Positions 20,767-29,733 of a stretch of DNA of 64,000 bases are shown here, piece after piece; positions within the stretch are counted from its first letter, which is position 1, and each line of letters opens with the position of its first letter. This stretch comes from Planococcus sp. (in: firmicutes) (GTDB taxonomy: Bacteria > Bacillota > Bacilli > Bacillales_A > Planococcaceae), in NCBI GenBank assembly GCA_035461005.1, contig DATHVZ010000152.1:21066-85065 (forward strand). Direction: 5' to 3'. Made by a program: the position numbers and the translations under genes. The notes beneath the pieces were generated by a model. It was not told where the DNA came from. It searched no databases and worked only from the letters and a program-made list of their open reading frames with translations.

Positions 20767-21738
20767 ATGAAATTGGAAGGCATTCACCATGTTTCCGCGA
20801 TTACTGCCAATGCAGATAAAAACCATGATTTCTTTACGCGGATCCTCGGCATGCGGCTGGTGAAAAGGAGCGTCAACCAGGATTCGACGTCATCTTATCA
20901 TTTATTCTATGCAGATGCGGTCGGCACTCCAGGCACAGACATGACTTACTTTGATATTCCGGTGGCAGGCCGGACTTATCCCGGTGTTTCAAGCATCAGC
21001 AATACGGCATTTCGAGTAAAAAGCGAAGAAGCTTTGCAGTATTGGCTCCGCCGCTTTGAAGAGTTCCAAGTTCCGCACGACGAAATCCGCACAAGGTTCA
21101 ACCGCCGGACGTTGGCATTCGAAGATTTCGAAGGCTCCCGTTTGATGCTGACGGTTGATGACGGGACAGGTATTGAATATGGGATTCCTTGGACCAAAGC
21201 CGGGATTCCGGAAGAATATGCGATTGTCGGTTTGGGCAATGTGCGGCTGACGGTCCGCAAAAAAGACCGGACGGCAGCTGTGCTGACGGATATTATGGGC
21301 TTTGAGTTTATCGGGAGCTATCCATCCGAGATTGCGGGGATGGAAGATATTTTTGTCTATTCGACAGGAAAAGGCGGACCGGCCGGCGAAGTACATGTAG
21401 AAGAACGTCCGGATCTTCCGCCGGAACGTCCTGGTCGCGGAAGTGTGCATCATGTCGCTTTTCGCGTCAAGACTTTTGAAGACTACAGCAAATGGAATAA
21501 CTATTTGCGTGAAAATGGGTTTATGACTTCGGGGGAAGTGGACCGCTACTATTTTAAAGCCATCTATTTCCGTGAACCAAATGGCATTCTATTTGAATTG
21601 TCTACGGATGAACCGGGTTTCGCGACAGACGAACCACTTGAAAGCTTGGGGGAGAAATTGGCATTGCCGCCATTTTTGGAGCCTAAACGAGCTGAAATAG
21701 AAGCATCTTTGCGTCCATTGAATATCAATAAGCAGTAA
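20767..21738 (+). CDS. ring-cleaving dioxygenase (MhqA/MhqO/MhqE-like VOC protein)
   Basis: GIHHVSAI, VKRSVNQD, HHVAFR, DRYYFKAIYFREP. Confidence 0.92.
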   Translation: MKLEGIHHVSAITANADKNHDFFTRILGMRLVKRSVNQDSTSSYHLFYADAVGTPGTDMTYFDIPVAGRTYPGVSSISNTAFRVKSEEALQYWLRRFEEFQVPHDEIRTRFNRRTLAFEDFEGSRLMLTVDDGTGIEYGIPWTKAGIPEEYAIVGLGNVRLTVRKKDRTAAVLTDIMGFEFIGSYPSEIAGMEDIFVYSTGKGGPAGEVHVEERPDLPPERPGRGSVHHVAFRVKTFEDYSKWNNYLRENGFMTSGEVDRYYFKAIYFREPNGILFELSTDEPGFATDEPLESLGEKLALPPFLEPKRAEIEASLRPLNINKQ

Positions 21739-21754
21739 TCGAGGAGGTTGAAGC

Positions 21755-22036
21755 ATGGATTTTAAATTTATAGAGCTGGGACAGGACGAATTTGCTTTTC
21801 GCAATGAAGACAACGGGACGGTTATTGGAGAAATCACCTGGACCCAATTAGCTGATGTCATGATAGTGGAACATACGTATGTTAAAGAAGATATGCGCCA
21901 TCATGGCCTGGCAAAAAAACTGGTTGACCGTGCAGCAGCCTATGCCCGCGAAAATGAATATAAAATAGAGACGGTATGTTCATATGTCGCGGCAGTTTTT
22001 GAACGCTCAGACGAGTATGAAGACATAAAAGTGTAG
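21755..22036 (+). CDS. small YjdJ-type GNAT protein
   Basis: EHTYV..MRHHGLAKKL..CSYV. Confidence 0.85.
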   Translation: MDFKFIELGQDEFAFRNEDNGTVIGEITWTQLADVMIVEHTYVKEDMRHHGLAKKLVDRAAAYARENEYKIETVCSYVAAVFERSDEYEDIKV

Positions 22037-22037
22037 A

Positions 22038-22161
22038 AAGAAAAGCGACGGCGCCCGTTAAGTTCCGACAAGCGCTGGAGGGCTTGGAAGTAATGGCGTT
22101 CTTTGCCATTGCAGCCAAGACTGAAGCGTCTCGAGGGACTGGGCCGCTGAAGTCTGGACAA
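22038..22161 (+). repeat. dispersed REP/MITE-like structured repeat, copy B
   Basis: AAGAAAAGCGACGGCGCCCG...CTGGGCCGCTGAAGTCTGGACAA ends shared with other copies. Confidence 0.85.
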
Positions 22162-22253
22162 TAGAAACACAAAAAAGCAATCCGCCATTTAATGGTTTGG
22201 ATTGCTTTTTCTATATTTCTGTTATGTAGTTTTTCATAACTGCCTCCAATTTC

Positions 22254-22352
22254 TTATAGGAATGTCATTAGGAAAACGATACCAGTTAAAATTGAAGCTC
22301 CACCTACACCGAACATGAAATCTGATTGGCTGAACACTAAGTTTTTTTCCAT
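22254..22352 (-). CDS. 32-aa putative small membrane protein (not in ORF track)
   Basis: GAGAGGGG RBS, MEKNLVFSQSDFMFGVGGASILTGIVFLMTFL, SigB-type promoter upstream. Confidence 0.65.
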   Translation of the reverse strand: MEKNLVFSQSDFMFGVGGASILTGIVFLMTFL

Positions 22353-22401
22353 TTTTTAGAACCCCTCTCAAAAGTTTGTAAATTATTTTGTTACTAAATA
22401 A

Positions 22402-22426
22402 ATACCCGGGTATTAGCGCAATAAAC
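22402..22426 (-). promoter_or_regulatory. SigB-type promoter
   Basis: GTTTAT-N13-GGGTAT. Confidence 0.7.
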
Positions 22427-22531
22427 ATGTTTTACGAAATTTTTTTTAGGGAATCTTGTGTTATGAAACTATTTTTTCTGCAGGCCGTATTATTAAACGG
22501 TATGATTGCAGACAAGAAGGAGGTAGGGATT

Positions 22532-23170
22532 ATGAACAATGGCAGCATCAGCAGAACAGGGGAAAGAGTCCTCGGCATCATCGGAATTGTGTTTAATGTT
22601 ATCGGAATCATTTTATTAGCATGGCTGATTACAAGCCTCAGCAGTTTGGAAGGGACGCCGGAGTTTGAACAGTTCCAGGAGGATTTTATGAACGATCCGG
22701 CTTTTGAGGGGAATCCAGAAGAAGCCCGAATGGTTATGGAATTTGTGATGGACAGTGCAGGCATATTCGGATGGGTAGTGGTTGTTATATTGGTGCTCAG
22801 CACTATTTTTGCGATTGTGGCGCTGATTAACTTGAAGAATACACGCAGTACGCAACTTGCGGGGATATTCTTTATTCTTGCCGGTCTATTGGCAGGTGTA
22901 TTATCACTGACATCAATCCTATTCTATGTCGCAGCAATCATGTGTTTCGTGCGCAAGCCGCCTATGCGCGAGGATGAACTGTACCGTAAAGACGGAGGGG
23001 TATATCGTGAAGACGATGTCCGCAGAAATGACGATCCAGTTTACCGCGAAGACAATGTCCGCAGAACGGATGATCAAGTTTATCGTGAAGATGAAGTTCC
23101 TAAAACAGATGATCCAGTTCGCCGTGAAGACAGAAAACGCGATGACGACTCACCGTATCGTCCGTTATAA
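22532..23170 (+). CDS. DUF4064-type membrane protein with repetitive charged C-terminal tail
   Basis: SRTGERVLGIIG start motif, 3-4 TM segments, AGGAGG RBS; 13-aa repeats. Confidence 0.8.
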   Translation: MNNGSISRTGERVLGIIGIVFNVIGIILLAWLITSLSSLEGTPEFEQFQEDFMNDPAFEGNPEEARMVMEFVMDSAGIFGWVVVVILVLSTIFAIVALINLKNTRSTQLAGIFFILAGLLAGVLSLTSILFYVAAIMCFVRKPPMREDELYRKDGGVYREDDVRRNDDPVYREDNVRRTDDQVYREDEVPKTDDPVRREDRKRDDDSPYRPL

Positions 23171-23172
23171 TT

Positions 23173-23295
23173 AAGAAAAGCGACGGCGCCCGTTTAGCTC
23201 TGAAAGGCATAAGACGAAACAGCGGAGCGGCGTTCTTTGCCGCATAGCTGGTTTGGCTTATGACCCGAAGAGCTGGGCCGCTGGAGTCTGGACAA
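23173..23295 (+). repeat. dispersed REP/MITE-like structured repeat, copy C
   Basis: Near-identical to the reverse complement of 28096-28216; nested stems. Confidence 0.9.
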
Positions 23296-23311
23296 TAAGA
23301 AAAGCACCTGC

Positions 23312-23803
23312 TCATAGAGCGGGTGCTTTCAAATTGTAAACGTATTTGGCTGTCTGTAACGGGTGGCCTTCGAATAATTCCTCGAACTCTTCAACAAACT
23401 CAAAACCGTTTGCTTCATAGAAGTTTCGGCCTTTATGATTTTCGCTTTCCACATAAACAAAAAGGTGCGAACCGTCGAGTAGGTATGTCAATCCGCTGTC
23501 GAGCAGCTTTTTGCCATAGCCGTTGCGCTGGTGCTCCGGCTTCATATAGAGCGCGATCAACTCCGCATCGCCATCGTCATCAAGCTTAGTGAAATTGGCA
23601 AAGCCGACAGGTTGTCCTTCATGTTCCGCCAAAAGCAGGATTGTCTTTTTCAGGCGCATTTCCATCATTGGGACGGAATAGGATTTATCTAAGAAATTTT
23701 GCTGTATATTCATCGGGATAATGTCTTGGTAAGTATCATTCCAGCTGATATGGGCAATTTCCTGAACAGCTGTTATATCTTGTGCGGTACCTGTGCGTAT
23801 CAT
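23312..23803 (-). CDS. GNAT acetyltransferase
   Basis: LYMKPEHQRNGYGKKLL; N..GRNFYEANGF. Confidence 0.9.
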   Translation of the reverse strand: MIRTGTAQDITAVQEIAHISWNDTYQDIIPMNIQQNFLDKSYSVPMMEMRLKKTILLLAEHEGQPVGFANFTKLDDDGDAELIALYMKPEHQRNGYGKKLLDSGLTYLLDGSHLFVYVESENHKGRNFYEANGFEFVEEFEELFEGHPLQTAKYVYNLKAPAL

Positions 23804-23897
23804 GTAATCACCTCTGGAATTCTTTTCGTCATCATATCAAAATTCACCATGAATAGCCACTGATGTGGAATAATAGAGACTAAAGGAGGGAATGCAT

Positions 23898-24344
23898 TTG
23901 ACTTGGAAACTTTATAAATTTGAAGAACTGACTGCTGCGGAGCTTTATGAAATGCTGAAGTTGCGTGTGGATGTCTTTGTGGTTGAACAGAAGTGCCCAT
24001 ATCCGGAACTGGACAACCTGGACCAGCAATCGGTCCATTTGGCTTACAAGGAGAATGGCGAAATCCTCGCCTATGCAAGACTCGTTCCAGCGGAGCTTAA
24101 ATATGGTGTGCCCTCCATCGGCAGAGTGATTGTCAGTTCGGATGCCAGAGGGCGGGGACTTGCCAGGGAACTCGTCCGCCGAAGCATCGATTTCATCTTC
24201 ACAGAATGGAAGCCTGAAGAAATCCGCTTGCAGGGACAGCTCTATTTAAAGGAATTTTATCAGTCATTCGGTTTCAATCCGATATCGGATGTTTATGATG
24301 AAGACGGCATACCGCATCTGGATATGAAACTGGACAAAATCTGA
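23898..24344 (+). CDS. ElaA-family GNAT acetyltransferase
   Basis: LRVDVFVVEQKCPYPELD, IGRV, EDGIPH. Confidence 0.92.
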   Translation: MTWKLYKFEELTAAELYEMLKLRVDVFVVEQKCPYPELDNLDQQSVHLAYKENGEILAYARLVPAELKYGVPSIGRVIVSSDARGRGLARELVRRSIDFIFTEWKPEEIRLQGQLYLKEFYQSFGFNPISDVYDEDGIPHLDMKLDKI

Positions 24345-24365
24345 TTATCAAAAAAATCCTAATAA

Positions 24366-24390
24366 GATTAAATCAGGTGGATGAGGGTAT
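24366..24390 (+). promoter_or_regulatory. SigB-type promoter
   Basis: GATTAA-N13-GGGTAT. Confidence 0.6.
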
Positions 24391-24430
24391 GCATTATAAA
24401 AGACATTAATTCAACAGAGGAGTGGGACGG

Positions 24431-24745
24431 ATGGCAAAAGGAAAAGGAAGAGGCTTGCTGTTGGCAGGTTTGGCAGTAGGAGCCTATACTTATTTTAAAA
24501 ACCCGGAAAATCGTGAAAAAGCGACAGTAGCTTTCAACAACGCGAAAGAGAAGGTGAATTCATACATGGAATCTCAAAACCTCGAAGACGATAAAGAGAA
24601 GGCGCACGATGGATCTCAGCCGGATGAGCCGCAGGAAAACAAAATGGTTTCAGAAGGCGCGCTGACCTCGGTGCAATATTACAATGAAGAAGAACAAAAA
24701 GAAGAAGACAAAAAGAAATTATCACGAAATGATAGTAACAAGTAA
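24431..24745 (+). CDS. hypothetical general-stress-like protein (N-terminal anchor, acidic tail)
   Basis: GAGGAG RBS; LLAGLAVGAYTYF anchor; MVSEGALTSVQYYN. Confidence 0.75.
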   Translation: MAKGKGRGLLLAGLAVGAYTYFKNPENREKATVAFNNAKEKVNSYMESQNLEDDKEKAHDGSQPDEPQENKMVSEGALTSVQYYNEEEQKEEDKKKLSRNDSNK

Positions 24746-24834
24746 AAGCGGGAAATACAGATTCCCCGATGCCTGAGTAAAAAAATACGATAATATCTAA
24801 AAGGTGGTCCTGAGACCACCTTTTTGTTTTGGCT

Positions 24835-25962
24835 TCATTTTCGCAAAGTGGCAAAGTTCACTGCAGCTGCGCTTATCAGCAACACGCCACTTGTGACAAA
24901 TCCCTGGTCAGCGGTCAATGCCAATGCGCCGGTAAAGGAAGAACCCGCCACCACACCGATTGAAAAGAACGCATAAAAATAGCCATATGCTTTGCCCCGG
25001 GAATATTGTGTCGTAGAATCGATCAGCAATGAATTGATGGATGGGAATAGCAGTGCAAATCCGACGCCGTAGCTGATCATGCTGAAGTAAAGCATGAAAG
25101 CAGCGGACACATTACTTAACAGAAAGAGTGCACTGCCCATGATGAGAAATCCTGCTATTAATGTATAGACAGGTTTGACCGCATCAAACAAGCGATTCAC
25201 TGGAAGCAGGAACACTAAAATAGCTGCAAAACCAAAGACGCTCAATAACAGGCCGCTCATTTGGGAGGGCAATCCCAGCCCGGAAACCTTCAAGGGAAGC
25301 ATGTAGGCCAGCACGCCCTGTGAAAACATCAGAAAAAAGGCACCCATGAATGCCCGCAGCAACCCTGGATTCTGAGTGATCATACTGGCAGTAAGCGGTT
25401 CGGCGGGAAGTTTTTCCTTCTTTTTAATTTTGCGATTCAATAGGAAAAAAGATAAAAGGCCAAGGACGAGCAGCATGCTGCCTGTCGTTGCCATCGTTGC
25501 CGGAACGCCTGATTGACTGGAAAAGATCGCTCCGTAGGCGGGTCCGATAATTGCGGCAAGTCCGACAAAGGCACCTGAAACAGCGGCTCCTTTTCCGCGA
25601 CGGCTCCGGTCCGTCCGGTTTGCCAGATATGTGAATGCGGCAGGCACAATGAGCCCGGCTGCCAGTCCATGTAGAAAACGGATTGCAAGAAGGCTGTAAG
25701 GCCCTTCTGCCAGTGCGTATGTAAAGAGGGAAAAAGCTGTCAGCAGCAATCCGGCAACAAGAATGGCGAACGGCCCTTTTCTGTCGGAGAAGATTCCCGA
25801 AATAATATTTCCGAAAGTATTGGAAAGTGAATACATGCCTACCGCCAGTCCGGTCAAAAAGGGCGTTGCCTGCAGCTCGATTGCAAAGGGGCTGATGATT
25901 GGCAATTGGGCAAAAAGGTCAAAAAAGGCAAAGAAAATGATGACGTAGATGAAAACGTGCAT
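24835..25962 (-). CDS. MFS transporter
   Basis: GIFSDRKG motif A; about 12 TM. Confidence 0.9.
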   Translation of the reverse strand: MHVFIYVIIFFAFFDLFAQLPIISPFAIELQATPFLTGLAVGMYSLSNTFGNIISGIFSDRKGPFAILVAGLLLTAFSLFTYALAEGPYSLLAIRFLHGLAAGLIVPAAFTYLANRTDRSRRGKGAAVSGAFVGLAAIIGPAYGAIFSSQSGVPATMATTGSMLLVLGLLSFFLLNRKIKKKEKLPAEPLTASMITQNPGLLRAFMGAFFLMFSQGVLAYMLPLKVSGLGLPSQMSGLLLSVFGFAAILVFLLPVNRLFDAVKPVYTLIAGFLIMGSALFLLSNVSAAFMLYFSMISYGVGFALLFPSINSLLIDSTTQYSRGKAYGYFYAFFSIGVVAGSSFTGALALTADQGFVTSGVLLISAAAVNFATLRK

Positions 25963-26001
25963 TGCTGTTCCTCATTCCCTCAAAATAATAAAAAACTAAT
26001 G

Positions 26002-26028
26002 GATTTAAACTGACTGCTAAAAGGGTAA
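26002..26028 (+). promoter_or_regulatory. SigB-type promoter
   Basis: GATTTAA-N14-GGGTAA upstream of BmrU-like gene. Confidence 0.55.
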
Positions 26029-26069
26029 ATAGAAATAATGAAGCTATTATACCATTTGGAGGTTAAAAG

Positions 26070-26975
26070 ATGAAAAAGGCAATGTTTATACTGAATCCAT
26101 CTGCAGGAAAAGAAAAAGCGGCAGATTACAAAGGAAATGTGGAAAAAACACTTAAAGAAATGGGATATATTGTCGATACTAAGGAGACTGAGAAAAAAAG
26201 TGATGCTACACGGTTTGCCCGCGAAGCCTGCGAGCAGAAATATGACTTTGTTGTGGCAATGGGAGGAGACGGCACGATCAATGAAGCAGTTTCAGGTCTT
26301 GCGGAGCAGCCTCATCAGCCTTTATTTTCATTGATTCCCCTTGGAACCGTCAATGATTTTGCACGTGCACTCGGAATTTCCCTCGATCCGGAAGAAGCAA
26401 TCCTTGCATTGAAAACCGGTGAAGAAAAAGCCGTGGACATCGCAAAAGTGGGCGATATTTATTTCATGAATATCTTGGCGATCGGTGATATAGCAGAATC
26501 CACTTCGTCTGTTACACCGGAACAAAAGACTCGGCTTGGAGCAATGGCTTATTTTATAGAAGGCATTAAGGCAATTACTTCAGAAGAAGAAACGCATTTC
26601 GAAATCGAACATGATCATGGAGTCTGGGAAGGTGATGCAAAACTTGTATTGGTTGCTCTGACGAATTCAGTGGGTGGGTTTGAAAAACTTGCACCGGAAG
26701 CTTTGACAGATGATGGTCTGCTTCATCTGTATATTGTGGAAAATGCCAAACTTGCAGGTTTCATCCGAATAGCTGGGGCATTGTGGAGAGGCAAGTTGGA
26801 AGATGATCCGGCAGTTGAAGCAATCCACACCACAAAAGTATCCATCAAAACAAAAGAACCTTTGCTTTGTAATATTGATGGCGATGAAGGCATTGTAACG
26901 CCCTTCAAAATCGAAGTTCTGCCGCGACACCTCCGGGCACTCATTCCACCGGAAAAAGAGGGATTAGAAGAGTAG
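26070..26975 (+). CDS. diacylglycerol/lipid kinase family (YegS/BmrU)
   Basis: NPSAG, GGDGTINE, PLGTVNDFAR, NIDGD. Confidence 0.93.
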   Translation: MKKAMFILNPSAGKEKAADYKGNVEKTLKEMGYIVDTKETEKKSDATRFAREACEQKYDFVVAMGGDGTINEAVSGLAEQPHQPLFSLIPLGTVNDFARALGISLDPEEAILALKTGEEKAVDIAKVGDIYFMNILAIGDIAESTSSVTPEQKTRLGAMAYFIEGIKAITSEEETHFEIEHDHGVWEGDAKLVLVALTNSVGGFEKLAPEALTDDGLLHLYIVENAKLAGFIRIAGALWRGKLEDDPAVEAIHTTKVSIKTKEPLLCNIDGDEGIVTPFKIEVLPRHLRALIPPEKEGLEE

Positions 26976-27257
26976 AATAATATATTGTGTTATATTGCAG
27001 TAGGAAGAGCGCATTTCAGTTGTATTAAAAGTATATTACTTTTAGAAGAAAAGCGAGATTTTTTATGATAATTGCGGTATCTTTAGTATATATTTAGGGA
27101 AGATATTTCCTGTAAAAAACATTGGTAGTTCATAGGTAGTAGATCATATTGCTTAAAATTTTATATATTTCCAAGCAAAACTGTGTCCTTATTTATTGTT
27201 TCAGTATATAGTTAATAAAGTGAATGCAAAAACTTGTGAGAGAAAGACGGGGAAAAG

Positions 27258-28043
27258 ATGAATATAATTGCTGTACCAACAATTCAGGAGACGATTTCCA
27301 AGATTTTTATGGCAGAGAGCGAAAACCTCAACCAATACGATGGCCTGGAAAAGTTTTTTGAAACCGAAACCCAATTGATCTATGAGATCCATCATCTGGA
27401 AAAAGAAAAAGCGAAAGAGACACTTCGTGCGTTAATCGATATGATTTCATTGCATGCTGGAAAAGATACAATCCGTGCAATCCGAAATTATTACATAGTT
27501 CTTTCGTCAGTCATGGCCCGAAAACTTTTTGAAATGCGCGTGCCGCCGAAAAAAGCTTTTGCCTTCAATAATGCCTGCATCGAATTAGTGGACAATCGCA
27601 TGAATGATTCGGAGTTTCTATATGTAGCTGACGAACTGATCGAATTTTTTATCTCTGTTATTTCGGAACGCAAACAGCCGTCGTTTGGTCACCAAACAGT
27701 CAACAAAGTTGTTATGTTCATTAACGACGAAGTGGAACGCGATTTGTCTGTTGAAGACGTTGCCAAGCATTTCCACATTTCTACAAGCCACCTGTCACGG
27801 ATTTTCCGTGAACATGCGGGTATCACTTTGGTTGAATACCTCAATGTGCGCCGGGTAGAAGAGTCGCAACATTATCTTCGCCACTCGGACAAAGGCATCT
27901 CTGAGATCTCGAAGCAATTCCATTTCTGCAACCAAAGCTATTTCACACGCATCTTTAAGAAATATACGACGGTGACGCCGAAGCAATTCCGCGACAGCCA
28001 GCATATTCCTTATTTTAGATATACATTGCCGAACGCTAAGTAG
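27258..28043 (+). CDS. AraC family transcriptional regulator
   Basis: C-terminal dual HTH (SHLSRIF..; FCNQSYFTRIFKK..TPKQFR). Confidence 0.92.
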   Translation: MNIIAVPTIQETISKIFMAESENLNQYDGLEKFFETETQLIYEIHHLEKEKAKETLRALIDMISLHAGKDTIRAIRNYYIVLSSVMARKLFEMRVPPKKAFAFNNACIELVDNRMNDSEFLYVADELIEFFISVISERKQPSFGHQTVNKVVMFINDEVERDLSVEDVAKHFHISTSHLSRIFREHAGITLVEYLNVRRVEESQHYLRHSDKGISEISKQFHFCNQSYFTRIFKKYTTVTPKQFRDSQHIPYFRYTLPNAK

Positions 28044-28095
28044 GGAGAAGAAATTCTCCTTTTTTTTATGGCTTTTTCTGTTTGAGAGCGGCTAC

Positions 28096-28216
28096 TTGTC
28101 CAGACTCCAGCGGCCCAGCTCTTCGGGTCATAAGCCGGCCCAGCTATGCGGCAAAGGACGCCGCTCCGCTATTTCGTCTTATGTCTTTCAGAGCTAAGCG
28201 GGCGCTTCCGCTTTTC
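28096..28216 (-). repeat. dispersed REP/MITE-like structured repeat, copy D (inverted relative to C)
   Basis: TTGTCCAGACTCCAGCGGCCCAGCTCTTCGGGTCATAAGCC...GGGCGCTTCCGCTTTTC. Confidence 0.9.
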
Positions 28217-28340
28217 GGTAGATGCCACAATGCTGTCAAATCCCAGCCTGAATATTGCGGCAGGCCTTTTCACGGTTTGAAATATGCTATTCGTATGCGG
28301 TATACTTCATTAATAGTTTAAAAAGGTGAAGGTGAATAAT

Positions 28341-29156
28341 TTGAAAAAGAAATTAATATTAATGTCGATGCTTACCGTTGTGGTGCTGTTCCTGAGCGGC
28401 TGTGCGGCTATAGAAAATAAAGAAGGATTTTTCTATACCATTTTTGTGGCTCCATTCGATTTTTCCCTGGATTATCTGGGGAATCTTTTCAACGGCAGTT
28501 ACGGACTTGCCATCGTGGCCATCACGGTCATAATCCGGCTGGTGCTGATGCCTTTCATGCTGCGTACCTATAGACGCCAGCAGGGGATGAAAGTCAAAAT
28601 GGATAAAATGCGTCCGGAAATGGAAGACATCCAGAAACGCCTGAAAGAGACGAAAGACAAAGAAGAACAGATGAAGCTTCAACAGCAAATGATGGGGCTC
28701 TACAAAAAATACGAAGTCAACCCATTGAATATGGGCTGTCTGCCGGTAGTTATCCAAATGCCAATCGTCATGGGCTTGTATTTTGCCATTCTGTACTCGC
28801 CGGAAGTGCGTACACACGAATTCCTATGGTTTAACCTCGGTGAACCGGATATCGCCATGACGCTGATAGCCGGTGCTGTGTATTTCTATCAGGCCAAAGT
28901 TTCGCTTTGGACGATGCCTGAACAGCAGCAGAAACAGATGAAAATGTTTATCTACATTTCGCCGATCATGATTATGTTCATCTCGTTCACTTCGATGGCG
29001 GCCTTGCCGGTTTACTGGACTGTCGGTGGTATTTTGCTGATTATCCAAACGTTCATCGGACGGAAATTCTATTCTAATCATCCGGAAAAAGCGTTAGAAG
29101 CAGTGGAAGATGAAGAGAAAGAAGAAGAGAAAATAGATTTGGAAAAGAAAAAATAA
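28341..29156 (+). CDS. yidC: membrane protein insertase YidC (lipoprotein)
   Basis: LSGC lipobox; YGLAIV.IT..IR; NPL.MGCLP..IQMP; FLWFNL. Confidence 0.95.
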   Translation: MKKKLILMSMLTVVVLFLSGCAAIENKEGFFYTIFVAPFDFSLDYLGNLFNGSYGLAIVAITVIIRLVLMPFMLRTYRRQQGMKVKMDKMRPEMEDIQKRLKETKDKEEQMKLQQQMMGLYKKYEVNPLNMGCLPVVIQMPIVMGLYFAILYSPEVRTHEFLWFNLGEPDIAMTLIAGAVYFYQAKVSLWTMPEQQQKQMKMFIYISPIMIMFISFTSMAALPVYWTVGGILLIIQTFIGRKFYSNHPEKALEAVEDEEKEEEKIDLEKKK

Positions 29157-29208
29157 TAGAAGCTCGCCGGCATCGGATGCCGGCTTTCTTTTTGGGGGAG
29201 TAAGACAA

Positions 29209-29454
29209 ATGAGTTTAAAAATGCTGCAAGGAATCGGAATCGCAACACTCAGCCTATTGGCGGTCGTTTTCCTTATTATGGGCTACATGGATGTCGCGGT
29301 TCTATTTATGACGGTGTTATTCGTAATGACCAATACTTTCAGGTATCGCCAGATGAAGGCCCAGGGCATGGACCGGGAAGCAAAATGGATGATGGGAATG
29401 GCGGTTATCTTCGGTATCCTATTTTTCGTAGTACTCGGAACTATCCTATTCTAA
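29209..29454 (+). CDS. small hypothetical membrane protein
   Basis: GGGGAG RBS; three hydrophobic segments. Confidence 0.75.
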   Translation: MSLKMLQGIGIATLSLLAVVFLIMGYMDVAVLFMTVLFVMTNTFRYRQMKAQGMDREAKWMMGMAVIFGILFFVVLGTILF

Positions 29455-29542
29455 ATGAAATATTTTCAAATAAAAACAGCGCGCCCCTTTTTTCGGGGCT
29501 GCGCTGTTTTTTGAACCTATATTATATTTCCTTGAAGTCTTC

Positions 29543-29656
29543 TTATGCGGAAGCCGCAGTATTTTGTGATTGCCGTTTATCCTGTTCGCGTTCATTTAAC
29601 AATCGATCCAATTGGTCCATAAGATTGAGAAGATCGCTTTGTGAAATTTGTTTCAT
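29543..29656 (-). CDS. 37-aa putative small protein (not in ORF track)
   Basis: AAGGAG RBS then MKQISQSDLLNLMDQLDRLLNEREQDKRQSQNTAASA. Confidence 0.5.
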   Translation of the reverse strand: MKQISQSDLLNLMDQLDRLLNEREQDKRQSQNTAASA

Positions 29657-29733
29657 TTTTGCCCATCTCCTTGTTGCGTTGATGCCCATTTATTCGACGG
29701 GCATCCAATGCTTTTGGGGGTGGGTTGGAAAAT

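Noticed and set aside
21882-22188. Short ORFs with YCPD.SGP motifs (also 23100-23315, 28082-28321)
   Set aside because: Artefactual translations of the dispersed repeat element.
26976-27257. AT-rich stretch as horizontally acquired DNA or sRNA
   Set aside because: Short, consistent with the AraC gene's promoter region, with no structure or mobility marks.
23173-28216. Composite transposon or invertible segment bounded by inverted repeat copies C and D
   Set aside because: No transposase or recombinase, and the cargo looks like ordinary chromosomal genes.
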